Shown: in pieces, positions 51,149 through 59,463 of the stretch | Layout: every line of letters begins with the position of its first letter | Position numbering within the stretch: the first letter of the stretch is position 1 | Source of the DNA: an uncultured Bacteroidales bacterium | Lineage (GTDB): Bacteria; Bacteroidota; Bacteroidia; Bacteroidales; Bacteroidaceae | Assembly: GCA_937898885.1 (NCBI GenBank) | Contig: CALDKD010000071.1 | Coordinates: 1,250-65,249 of the forward strand | Direction of reading: 5' to 3' | Length of the DNA: 64,000 bases | Translations under genes and position numbers: made by a program | Notes under the pieces: model-generated | What the model was told of the DNA's origin: nothing | Databases searched by the model: none | What the model saw: only the letters and a program-made list of their open reading frames with translations

Positions 51149-51600
51149 TATTCCTTGTTTTTAGTATCCATTGTTATAGTAACCGGGCCATCGTTGATCA
51201 GCGCAACCTTCATATCCGCCCCAAATACGCCTTTTTGTACCTTTATGCCACTCTCTTTCTCTACTGTCTGGCAAAACAGCTCATACATTGGTTTTGAGAA
51301 TTCCGGTTTTGAGGCCTTAATGTAAGAGGGTCTGTTTCCCTTTTTTGTCTGAGCCATCAGTGTAAATTGGCTGATAATCATCAATTCGCCTTTAATATCC
51401 TTTACAGAGAGGTTCATAACCCCGTTTTCATCGTCAAATACCCGCAAGTTTGATATCTTGCCCGCAAGCCATTCCGCGTCTTCCTGAGTGTCGGCATCTT
51501 CTATGCCCACAAGTATCATCAGTCCCTTGCCAATTCCTGAGACAGTTGTGCCACCGACGGTTACGCTGCATTCCAATACTCGTTGAATAACTACTCTCAT
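51148..51600 (-). CDS. dtd: D-aminoacyl-tRNA deacylase
   Basis: 150 aa starting MRVVIQRV, with ISQFTL and GNRPS motifs. It overlaps uvrC by 4 nt and deoC by 1 nt. Confidence 0.93.
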   Translation of the reverse strand: MRVVIQRVLECSVTVGGTTVSGIGKGLMILVGIEDADTQEDAEWLAGKISNLRVFDDENGVMNLSVKDIKGELMIISQFTLMAQTKKGNRPSYIKASKPEFSKPMYELFCQTVEKESGIKVQKGVFGADMKVALINDGPVTITMDTKNKE

Positions 51601-53426
51601 ACAGTCTCCTTATGAAAATGCCTGAACACCTTATCTGCCTTGCTTTTACCTATCACTTCAGCCAGCTCTTCTATCTCAGCCTCAGATATTCGCTTGACAC
51701 TCTTGAATTTAAGTAACATCTCACTGGCAGTCTTGTCACCGATTCCCTCTATCTCATTCAGTTCTGATTGTGTCTGTCTTTTGCTTCTTTTCCTTTTATG
51801 GAAAGATATAGCCACCCGGTGAACCTCATCCTGCATCTGCTCCAAAAGCCGGAACAATTCACTATCTGGCCTCACACCTACCTCTGCTTGTGGGAATCCA
51901 TATAGAAGACCAGATGTCCTGTGGTGTCCGTTCTTTACCAATCCTGCAATTCCTATATTGATATTCAGTGCGTTAACCACTTCTTTGGCAACGGTCATCT
52001 GCCCTTTTCCTCCATCAACTATTATCAGATCCGGCATTTTGCCATCCTCATTCAGAATTCTGGTGTATCTTCTTGTCAGAACCTCATTCATTGAGCCGTA
52101 ATCATCTCCTCCCGCATCACTCTTTATATTATAGAGCCTGTACTCTTTTCTTGCCGGTTTGGCTTTCTCATATACTACACAAGCTGCTACCGCATCTGTT
52201 CCCTGTATGTGTGAGTTGTCAAAGCACTCAATTCTCATCGGTAGTCTTTCCAGTCCAAGCAGATTCTGAAGCTCTTTCAGAAGCCTTACCTGCTTTTGCT
52301 CGGGATTCAGTTTGTCGCTTCTCTTCAATCTGTCAGCACGATACTGTCTCACGTTTAACTGAGAGAGTGTAAGAAGCTTTTTCTTCTCTCCCCTTTGCGG
52401 AACAGTCCAGGTAATACCCTCAATATCTGTGTCTGGCATAAATGGAAGTACAATTTCCCTCGCGTTGCTATTATAGCGCTCTCTCATCTCCACTATGGCA
52501 TTCATTATCAAATCATTCACATCCTCGTCCAATTTGTTCTTGAATTCAAATGTGAATGCCTGATTAATACATCCTTCAGTAACGTGCATATAGTTGACGA
52601 ATACGGTTCCATCAGCATCCTGCTCACCGCTGAATACATCGATAGGCTCGTTTACGTCTGCAATTACCAGACTTTTCTCTCTAAAGGCCGAGAGCACCGA
52701 TATTTTTTCCTTTATCTTCTGTGCCTCCTCAAATTTCAACTCTGCGGCCAGAACTCTCATTCTTTCCTTTAATTGTTGGATGAGAAGGGTCGATTTACCT
52801 TTAAGAATCTGCCTTATCTCATCTATTTGTATCTGGTACTTTATTTTTGATTCCGCGCCTATGCAGGGAGCGTTGCAATTCTTAATCTGATATTCAAGAC
52901 AATCGCGGTATTTACCTTTTTCTATTTCTTTCTCAACGATGTCCTGTCTGCAGCTCCTTATACTATAAAGTTTTTTAAAAAGCTCCAAAAGTGCGTTAAG
53001 TGTAGATACGTGGCTGTAAGGTCCATAGTATTCCGATCCATTCCTGATTATATTACGGGTTTTGAATACTCTTGGAAAATCCTCTTTCGTTATACAGATT
53101 GACGGGTAAGTTTTGTCATCTTTAAGCAATATATTGTATCGCGGCTTGTATTTCTTAATAAGATTGTTCTCAAGAAGCAATGCATCCCACTCTGTATTTA
53201 CTACCACGTATTTAATATCTCTTATCTTGCTTACCAGAATCCTTGTCTTAGCTGATATCTGATCTTTGTTAAAGTATGAGCTTACGCGTCTTTTTAAATT
53301 CTTGGCTTTTCCTACATAAATTACTTTACCGGTATCATCTAAATACTGGTAGCAACCTGGTGTCTCAGGGAGATTGTTTACTATCCCCTTGATGTGCTCA
53401 CGATATGTCGTCTTTTCTCCTTCCAA
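51597..53426 (-). CDS. uvrC: excinuclease ABC subunit C
   Basis: 609 aa with a GIY-YIG N-terminus (PGCYQYLDDTGKVIYVGKAKNLKRRV), a UvrBC-interaction region, and a C-terminal HhH (IEGIGDKTASEMLLKF). Confidence 0.95.
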   Translation of the reverse strand: MEGEKTTYREHIKGIVNNLPETPGCYQYLDDTGKVIYVGKAKNLKRRVSSYFNKDQISAKTRILVSKIRDIKYVVVNTEWDALLLENNLIKKYKPRYNILLKDDKTYPSICITKEDFPRVFKTRNIIRNGSEYYGPYSHVSTLNALLELFKKLYSIRSCRQDIVEKEIEKGKYRDCLEYQIKNCNAPCIGAESKIKYQIQIDEIRQILKGKSTLLIQQLKERMRVLAAELKFEEAQKIKEKISVLSAFREKSLVIADVNEPIDVFSGEQDADGTVFVNYMHVTEGCINQAFTFEFKNKLDEDVNDLIMNAIVEMRERYNSNAREIVLPFMPDTDIEGITWTVPQRGEKKKLLTLSQLNVRQYRADRLKRSDKLNPEQKQVRLLKELQNLLGLERLPMRIECFDNSHIQGTDAVAACVVYEKAKPARKEYRLYNIKSDAGGDDYGSMNEVLTRRYTRILNEDGKMPDLIIVDGGKGQMTVAKEVVNALNINIGIAGLVKNGHHRTSGLLYGFPQAEVGVRPDSELFRLLEQMQDEVHRVAISFHKRKRSKRQTQSELNEIEGIGDKTASEMLLKFKSVKRISEAEIEELAEVIGKSKADKVFRHFHKETV

Positions 53427-53428
53427 TT

Positions 53429-53968
53429 TTAAATGTCAAGCTCATCCATTTCTATCAGACTGTATATCTCAACATCCTCAGGAAATCTTTCCCTGGAGTT
53501 GAAATTGGTAAGCTCTATGATGAAGTTTGCCATAACTTTCCTCGGATTGAACTGGCTGACCATCTTGCAGGCTGCGCTCGATGTTCCTCCTGTCGCAAGA
53601 AGGTCGTCGTGTACAAGCACTACATCGTTCTCGTTTATTGAGTCTTTGTGCATCTCAATGCGGTCGAATCCGTACTCTTTCTTGTATTCTATGCTGACCT
53701 TCTCGTATGGCAGCTTTCCGGGCTTTCTGATAGGAACAAATCCCGCACCTAATTTTTCTGCAAGAATCGCGCCCACTACAAAACCTCTGGATTCTATTCC
53801 ACAAACCTTTGTAATTCCTTTGTCCTTGTAGTATTCGTATATAGTATCTACAATTTCCCTTAAATCCTCAGGTACCATAAACCAGGAGGTAACATCTTTA
53901 AATTGTACACCTGTCATCGGATAGTCTGGGATGTTCCGAAGATCTTTCAATAATGATTGTCTGCTCAT
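53429..53968 (-). CDS. apt: adenine phosphoribosyltransferase
   Basis: 179 aa with the PRPP-binding motif VVLVHDDLLATGGT. Confidence 0.93.
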   Translation of the reverse strand: MSRQSLLKDLRNIPDYPMTGVQFKDVTSWFMVPEDLREIVDTIYEYYKDKGITKVCGIESRGFVVGAILAEKLGAGFVPIRKPGKLPYEKVSIEYKKEYGFDRIEMHKDSINENDVVLVHDDLLATGGTSSAACKMVSQFNPRKVMANFIIELTNFNSRERFPEDVEIYSLIEMDELDI

Positions 53969-54021
53969 CTTATGTTGTTGTTATTAATTAGCGGTTATTT
54001 GAAATTGTTCCACGTGAAACA

Positions 54022-55896
54022 TTATCTGTTCAGCAATACCAAAAGGACATTGATGTCGCTTGGCGATACCCCTGGAATACGGCTTGCCTGCGCCAGTGTC
54101 TCTGGGTCTATCCTGCAGAGCTTTTGTCTGGCCTCTGTGGAAAGAGACTGTAGCGATGCATAGTCAAACCGTCCTTTGATTTTAATATTCTCAAGACGCA
54201 CCATCTTGTCTGCTATCAGTCTTTCCCTTTCTATGTATCCACTATACTTCATGCGTATCTCAGCCGCCTCAATGATCTCCTCGCGTCTCTCTTCCTCAAT
54301 CTTGTCAAGTTCCTTTTCCAAAGCCTTGATGTATGGCGCTATGTTCTTAAGAGTGATTTGCGGCCGGTTTATCAAGTCCGTCAGCCTGCAGCCTTCTCTG
54401 AGCGGAGTCGTATTCAGCTGCTCAAGCGAGTCGTTGATCAGGGCCGGCTTTATTGAATAGTTCTGCGCAAATTCAATGAGCTTGTCAATGGCATTGCGTT
54501 TGGATACCATTCTACGGTATCTCTCTTCTGAGGCCAGTCCTATTTTGTATGCTTTCTCTGTAAGACGGATGTCCGCATCGTCCTGTCTGAGCAGAATCCT
54601 GAACTCGGCTCTTGAGGTAAACATCCTATAGGGCTCGTCAACACCTTTTGTAATAAGGTCGTCTATTAGTACACCTATATATGATTCATCTCGTCCAAGA
54701 ATCAGAGGCTCTTCTCCCCGGCTTCCCAATGACGCGTTGATTCCGGCTATAAGTCCTTGACCACCAGCCTCTTCGTATCCTGTGGTGCCGTTTACCTGAC
54801 CGGCCATATAGAGTCCTTTTATCACTTTTGACTCAAGGCTGGCATTCAGCTGGGTAGGGTCAAAGTAATCATATTCAATAGCATATCCGGGCCTATATAC
54901 AACAAGGTCCTTGAATGCCGGTATCTCCTTCAACGCCTTGATTTGCACATCCATAGGCATTGATGAGGAGAAGCCGTTCAGGTACATCTCGTTGGTGTTC
55001 TCGCCCTCCGGCTCCAGAAACAGCTGATGCTTGTCCTTATCAGGGAATGTGAACAGCTTTGTCTCTATACTCGGGCAATAACGTGGGCCGATGCTTTTTA
55101 TCTGCCCATTGTACAGGGGTGAGTCGGCAAGTGCGGAACGCAGTATATTGTGGGCATTCTCATTAGTGAAACAGGTCCAGCAGCACATCTGTCGCAAGTT
55201 GCGCTCGGAGTGCATAAATGAGAAGCGATGGAAGTCATCCTCACCGTCCTGTCTCTCCATCTGCGTGAAGTCAACACTGCGGGAGTCTATCCTTACCGGT
55301 GTTCCGGTCTTCATTCTGCCCTGCCTTATTCCGTGTCTTGCTATAGATTCCGTCAACCCGTATGAGGCCGGTTCCGATATGCGTCCGCCTGGCATTGTGA
55401 CGTGCCCTATGTGCATCAGGCCATTTAGGAATGTTCCGGTGGTTAATACAACGCTTCTTGCTTGAAACTCAGCACCTTGCAATGTCTTGACCCCTTGCAC
55501 CCTACCCTCTTTGACCACCATTTCGGTCACTGTATCCTGCCAGATGTTAAGGTTGTCCAGATTCTCCAGAACGTGCCTCCAGTTTTGTACGAACTTTGCC
55601 CTGTCGCATTGTGCGCGCGGGCTCCACATAGCAGGACCCTTCGAGCGGTTAAGTATGCGGAATTGTATTGATGATTGGTCGGTCACTAAGCCCATATAAC
55701 CTCCCATCGCATCTATTTCTCTTACAATCTGTCCTTTGGCTATTCCGCCTATGGCCGGATTGCAACTCATCTGGCCGATTTTAGTCATATCTATGGTGAT
55801 GAGGCAAGTCCGTGCTCCCATATTTGCGGCAGCAGCGGCAGCCTCGCATCCCGCGTGGCCTGCACCTATCACTATAACATCGTACCTGAAGTCCAT
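54022..55896 (-). CDS. mnmG: tRNA uridine 5-carboxymethylaminomethyl modification enzyme MnmG
   Basis: 624 aa starting YDVIVIGAGHAGCEAA (FAD binding), with full-length GidA-like sequence. Confidence 0.97.
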   Translation of the reverse strand: MDFRYDVIVIGAGHAGCEAAAAAANMGARTCLITIDMTKIGQMSCNPAIGGIAKGQIVREIDAMGGYMGLVTDQSSIQFRILNRSKGPAMWSPRAQCDRAKFVQNWRHVLENLDNLNIWQDTVTEMVVKEGRVQGVKTLQGAEFQARSVVLTTGTFLNGLMHIGHVTMPGGRISEPASYGLTESIARHGIRQGRMKTGTPVRIDSRSVDFTQMERQDGEDDFHRFSFMHSERNLRQMCCWTCFTNENAHNILRSALADSPLYNGQIKSIGPRYCPSIETKLFTFPDKDKHQLFLEPEGENTNEMYLNGFSSSMPMDVQIKALKEIPAFKDLVVYRPGYAIEYDYFDPTQLNASLESKVIKGLYMAGQVNGTTGYEEAGGQGLIAGINASLGSRGEEPLILGRDESYIGVLIDDLITKGVDEPYRMFTSRAEFRILLRQDDADIRLTEKAYKIGLASEERYRRMVSKRNAIDKLIEFAQNYSIKPALINDSLEQLNTTPLREGCRLTDLINRPQITLKNIAPYIKALEKELDKIEEERREEIIEAAEIRMKYSGYIERERLIADKMVRLENIKIKGRFDYASLQSLSTEARQKLCRIDPETLAQASRIPGVSPSDINVLLVLLNR

Positions 55897-55983
55897 ATTC
55901 TATAATCAGAATCGATTCTTAACCTGAGTACAAAATTAAGGAAAAATAATCCGTCCTTCCCAATTATGGTCTTATAAGTAATA

Positions 55984-56024
55984 ATAAAAAATCCCAGCTG
56001 CCGCATTTCCGGACAGCTGGGATT
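55984..56024 (-). terminator. rho-independent-type terminator after the 432-aa ORF
   Basis: On the minus strand, AATCCCAGCTG-(13 nt)-CAGCTGGGATT (11-bp stem) is followed by TTTTTTATTATT. Confidence 0.55.
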
Positions 56025-56045
56025 CATGAACTGACTTCAATGCCT

Positions 56046-57344
56046 CTAAAGCAGTTTTAGGGAAATCATAAACTCTCCCCTATTCAACCCGTTTCCCCAG
56101 ATTCTGGCATATCCGGCGGAAAGCGTGGTCTTCATATGGGTAAACAGTACAAGCGGAATGTTCATCTGACCTCCTACGCTGATATAATTCGCCTTGTTCT
56201 GTCTCTCACTACCCCAGTAATCCGCCATCAGGTCATTCGCGAACAGGTTAAACTGGATGTAGTTGGGGTAACACTGCAGAGCTCCGAAATTATTCAGCCT
56301 GATAGGACTGAAGTTTATCTCGCCTGTAAACTTGGCATAGCTGTGGGCGCATATCTGGTCAATGGCTGCTCCTGGCATGGCATTCAAGGTCTTGTAGCGG
56401 TTCTCAGCTCCGTTGTCAACATAATTGTTGCGGAATCCGCCGAAATACTCATTGCCAAGAGTAGAGTTGCTGTCTCCGAAGTTCTGTCCTACTGTGCCCT
56501 TCAGCCAGAATGCATTGTGCCGGCCTACAGGAAGGCGGAATCCACGGTCGTAAGACAGGCTTACCGTGGGGAAAAACCTGCCGTTTGCAAGATATGTATA
56601 GGCATTGGCGCTGAATCTGTATCCTTGCTCGGCGCTTACGGCACCAAGAGTACCCCTAACCTTTCCGCCGCTTATGTACAGGCTCATAGTCTGGAACGAC
56701 GTTATGTCATTGTCAACTGCAATCTCCTGATACAGCGGCAGTGCATCCATACCGCCATAATGTGCCAGAGTGCCGCCCCAGCTCCATTGGAACGGAGGCT
56801 GCATGGTGCGCTTGGTCTCGTATGACAAAGACACGCTATATCCCTTGCGTGACGCGCGTCTTGGACCGAACAGGTCATAGAACGATGTCTCATTCCAGGT
56901 TGCCTTCAGCCTCCATTGCCAGTATTTAATCTCTGCAGAGGCGTGAAAACGGTTCTTCCAGTCATTGTTGCTCCAGGGCGATGTTCCAAGAAACAGATTG
57001 ACAGAGCATAGCGAGAGCGGGTCATAGAACGACAGATGGTATCCAAGAACAGGCGTGACATTGTTCCACGATTTCCGGTCTGTGAATCCGCTTATGTCAG
57101 GATAGGCTCCCTGAAACCTCATTTCCCTAAGCGGTTTGTAAACCTTCACTGAATCGTAAACCTGGCCGAAGGAAATAGCCGGCAACTCATTTCCTACAGT
57201 AGAGATTTCAGCCAGCTGTGGATTGGCCAGATAGGCTTTTTGCCCAAGGAACTCAACATTTTGTGATAATATGACTCGTTTTTGTGAATTTAGGAATTTA
57301 TTGTGGATTTGAGAATATAAAACGCTTACTTTTGTAAAAAGCAA
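56046..57344 (-). CDS. beta-rich (outer-membrane-barrel-like) hypothetical protein lacking any signal peptide; possibly a 5'-truncated gene remnant
   Basis: The ORF can only begin at TTG 57344. An in-frame TGA lies at 57357-57359 and the first ATG is at 57122. No in-frame start yields a signal peptide. The sequence is beta-strand-like, with an EYFGGFRNNYVDNG segment. It has its own terminator. Confidence 0.4.
   Translation of the reverse strand: MLFTKVSVLYSQIHNKFLNSQKRVILSQNVEFLGQKAYLANPQLAEISTVGNELPAISFGQVYDSVKVYKPLREMRFQGAYPDISGFTDRKSWNNVTPVLGYHLSFYDPLSLCSVNLFLGTSPWSNNDWKNRFHASAEIKYWQWRLKATWNETSFYDLFGPRRASRKGYSVSLSYETKRTMQPPFQWSWGGTLAHYGGMDALPLYQEIAVDNDITSFQTMSLYISGGKVRGTLGAVSAEQGYRFSANAYTYLANGRFFPTVSLSYDRGFRLPVGRHNAFWLKGTVGQNFGDSNSTLGNEYFGGFRNNYVDNGAENRYKTLNAMPGAAIDQICAHSYAKFTGEINFSPIRLNNFGALQCYPNYIQFNLFANDLMADYWGSERQNKANYISVGGQMNIPLVLFTHMKTTLSAGYARIWGNGLNRGEFMISLKLL
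57327..57334 (+). promoter_or_regulatory. Bacteroidetes-type -7 promoter box for the 181-aa membrane protein / ECF sigma gene string
   Basis: TACTTTTG lies 16 bp upstream of ATG 57351, within the first codons of the opposing TTG-initiated ORF. Confidence 0.4.
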
Positions 57345-57350
57345 AAAGAA

Positions 57351-57896
57351 ATGACATCACTCATTCTAAAGCTTCTCCCGGCAATTGCCATGCTTTTCTG
57401 GGCTGCAAGAATACCCTCAGTGATGGTACACTTCCTGTATAATACAGCGCAGACAGAATCCATTCTTAACCCTATGGCCTTGCTTGCCTGCATAATTGTG
57501 CTGTTTGTGGCGCTTTTCGTTCTTTTGTTCAATATAGGCGACAAGCGTATATACAAATGGATGGACCACAGCATAAGCATAGATGTTCAGACCAGCTCGG
57601 CCATACGTAACGGGAACTTCTCGTCAACAAGGGCAGGGGAGTACCTGCTTGGAGTAAAGGAGCAGTTTGCCCCGGAGGTTTTCTTTGATATGGTATGCTA
57701 CGTTCAGCTTTTCCTTGAGCTTAGGATTGAGAAGCAGAGCTATATGCTGCTTTGTCAGGCCGGTTTCGGGGGCGAGGCTATGGGAGTAACCCTTCAGGAG
57801 CATCAGGCCAAGAAGGCCGAGCTTGAAAGCCTTTCCAGGCGCATAGGAAAGACCGGTATGTGGGTACTCTCACCGCTCATTCAGGACAAAATATAG
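57351..57896 (+). CDS. hypothetical membrane protein (two N-terminal TM segments, soluble helical C-terminus)
   Basis: 181 aa. TM-like segments are LILKLLPAIAMLFWAA and ALLACIIVLFVALFVLLF. No family confidently recognised. Confidence 0.5.
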   Translation: MTSLILKLLPAIAMLFWAARIPSVMVHFLYNTAQTESILNPMALLACIIVLFVALFVLLFNIGDKRIYKWMDHSISIDVQTSSAIRNGNFSSTRAGEYLLGVKEQFAPEVFFDMVCYVQLFLELRIEKQSYMLLCQAGFGGEAMGVTLQEHQAKKAELESLSRRIGKTGMWVLSPLIQDKI

Positions 57897-57972
57897 TTTT
57901 CATCATTTTTTTACTCTATTTGTGTAGTAATCTGGCATCAGTGGTGTCTAACGGTTGTAAGTTTTTTGAAAG

Positions 57973-58446
57973 ATGCAAAACAAGGAGCAGCTATTTACGG
58001 AAATTGTGAACGGACATAAACGCACCATATATACCGTGTGCTATATGTTCTCTAATGACACAGCTGAGATTGAGGATCTTTTCCAGGAGATTCTCATAAA
58101 GATGTGGAGCGGTTTTGACACATTTCGTGGCGACAGCGACATCAACACCTGGATATGGAGGGTAAGTCTTAACACCTGCCTTAACTTTGACAGAAAGAAG
58201 AGACGCGGCGGCGAGCGTGTGGAATTGAGCGTCGACATCAATCCCTACACCGATACCGACGATGATGCCCTTCAGATAAAGCAGTTGCACAAACGCATCA
58301 ACCAGCTTGGTTTTGTAGATCGCAGCATCATACTGCTGTGGCTGGAGAATATGAGCTACGATGAGATTGGCGCTATTGTAGGCATCAGTGCCAAGAATGT
58401 TTCCGTAAAACTTGTGCGCATCAAGGAGAGATTAAAACAGATGTAA
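57973..58446 (+). CDS. ECF-type RNA polymerase sigma-70 family factor
   Basis: 157 aa. The sigma-2 region is DLFQEILIKMWSGFDTFRGDSDINTWIWRVSLNTCLNF. The sigma-4 HTH is MSYDEIGAIVGISAKNVSVKLVRIKERL. Confidence 0.85.
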   Translation: MQNKEQLFTEIVNGHKRTIYTVCYMFSNDTAEIEDLFQEILIKMWSGFDTFRGDSDINTWIWRVSLNTCLNFDRKKRRGGERVELSVDINPYTDTDDDALQIKQLHKRINQLGFVDRSIILLWLENMSYDEIGAIVGISAKNVSVKLVRIKERLKQM

Positions 58447-58459
58447 GACATTAATCGTT

Positions 58460-59050
58460 ATGACAATGGAGGATTTCACACTTTCGGCAGAGTTGGACCA
58501 GATGAGGTCGGAGTATGCCACACTGAAGAAAAAGCTCGATGAACAGGAGATAATAAATAGCAAGCTTATAGTAAATTCCGTAAAGACCAAAGTTGACTCG
58601 CTGGACAGGCACGAGAGATTTGAGTATGTTGCGTGTTCCTTCGCGGCGCTTCTCTCGCCGGTATATCACTATACGTTCAACGCATCCTGGTGGTTCTGTC
58701 TGGGTACGGTGGTGTTTATGCTTTTCTGCGGCTACAAAACCTGGCTTGAGCACCGTAATGTAAAGGCGTACGATGTCCGCTCCAAGGATATGCTCTCAGT
58801 GGCCAAAAACGTGCGCAAACTGCGTCAGGACTATACCAATTGGCTCAATGTGGCGTTGCCGCTGCTCGTGGTCTGGCTTGGCTGGCTCTTTGCCGAGCTG
58901 ATGATGAACAATGACGATAAGAAATTCGTCATATTGATGGCCGGCAGCATCATTTGCGGCCTGTTGATAGGCGGCAGCATCGGCCTCTCAATGCGTCGTA
59001 AGGTAATCCGCACCTGCGATGAGATTATCGCCCAGATAGAGGAAAATTAG
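58460..59050 (+). CDS. four-TM membrane protein co-transcribed with the ECF sigma factor (possible non-canonical anti-sigma)
   Basis: 196 aa, starting 13 nt after the sigma gene stop. It has an N-terminal ~60-aa helical/coiled cytoplasmic segment and then four hydrophobic segments. No HxxxCxxC zinc anti-sigma motif. Confidence 0.45.
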   Translation: MTMEDFTLSAELDQMRSEYATLKKKLDEQEIINSKLIVNSVKTKVDSLDRHERFEYVACSFAALLSPVYHYTFNASWWFCLGTVVFMLFCGYKTWLEHRNVKAYDVRSKDMLSVAKNVRKLRQDYTNWLNVALPLLVVWLGWLFAELMMNNDDKKFVILMAGSIICGLLIGGSIGLSMRRKVIRTCDEIIAQIEEN

Positions 59051-59074
59051 GGTAGGGCTCTACGGAGCCTACCC
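59051..59074 (+). terminator. stem-loop immediately after the membrane-protein stop codon
   Basis: GGTAGGGCTC-TACG-GAGCCTACC has one bulged G. A T6 tract follows only about 20 nt later, so it is not a textbook terminator. Confidence 0.4.
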
Positions 59075-59101
59075 GTTATGAGGTTTTCCGCGTTTTTTGC
59101 C

Positions 59102-59196
59102 ATAGTTACGCACTTTTCATTTCATTATTTGAAATGAATGCAACGAGGCTTCATTTCGTTCGTTTCAAATAATGAAACGAAACGAGCGTAACTATA
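59102..59196. repeat. long imperfect inverted repeat (~44-nt arms) forming a ~95-nt hairpin
   Basis: ATAGTTACGCACTTTTCATTTCATTATTTGAAATGAATGCAACG ... pairs with ...TTCATTTCGTTCGTTTCAAATAATGAAACGAAACGAGCGTAACTAT. The outer 10 nt are perfect and there is an inner 16-nt perfect block. Three of the mismatches become G-U pairs only in a plus-strand transcript. Confidence 0.7.
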
Positions 59197-59369
59197 CCGG
59201 AGAAGTTGGAGTGCATGGCCACTATAAAACACAGGGGTTACTTTAGCGGTTACGCAAGCTTCGGACCTATGGTGTTACTTGATATCAACAGCATCACTCA
59301 GAGCGGCAAGCTGCGACAGCGAGGTTGACACTGCTATGGTTAGATGGCGTAAGAAAGGTGTTATAACAA

Positions 59370-59403
59370 CGGTCCCGGTTACACATAGGTGTGGCCGGGA
59401 CCG
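59370..59403 (+). other. GC-rich stem-loop with a T-rich tail (terminator-like, plus-strand orientation favoured)
   Basis: CGGTCCCGGTTACAC-ATAG-GTGTGGCCGGGACCG is followed by TTAATTTTG. Its two non-Watson-Crick positions are U-G in plus-strand RNA but A-C in minus-strand RNA. Confidence 0.45.
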
Positions 59404-59426
59404 TTAATTTTGAATTCATATTGTGG

Positions 59427-59457
59427 TGAATCAGAGGGTCCTGTCCCTGCTGATTCA
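59427..59457 (-). terminator. stem-loop 6 nt downstream of the 1046-aa gene stop
   Basis: TGAATCAG-AGGG-tcctgt-CCCT-g-CTGATTCA. No clear T tract follows on the minus strand. Confidence 0.4.
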
Positions 59458-59463
59458 GTCAAT

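Noticed and set aside
38258-57344. By eye, the right-hand part of the window (roughly 38-57 kb) is more AT-rich than the left ~38 kb, suggesting a horizontally acquired island or chimeric assembly.
   Set aside because: The AT-richer segment is filled with universal housekeeping genes (lgt, ychF, polA, uvrC, apt, mnmG, dtd, deoC). It uses the same TAnnTTTG promoter boxes and has no integrase, tRNA or direct-repeat boundaries. The transition is gradual and gene-dependent rather than a sharp junction. A sliding-window GC and codon-usage calculation, which I cannot run, would settle it.
59102-59196. Invertible promoter (phase-variation switch) for the adjacent fimbrial operon, suggested by the inverted repeats.
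   Set aside because: The element lies at the 3' ends of both flanking transcription units, not upstream of the pilus genes. The arms are contiguous (hairpin-like, ~4-nt loop) rather than flanking a promoter-sized segment. No recombinase gene is present in the window. I kept it as a structured-RNA or palindromic-element finding instead.
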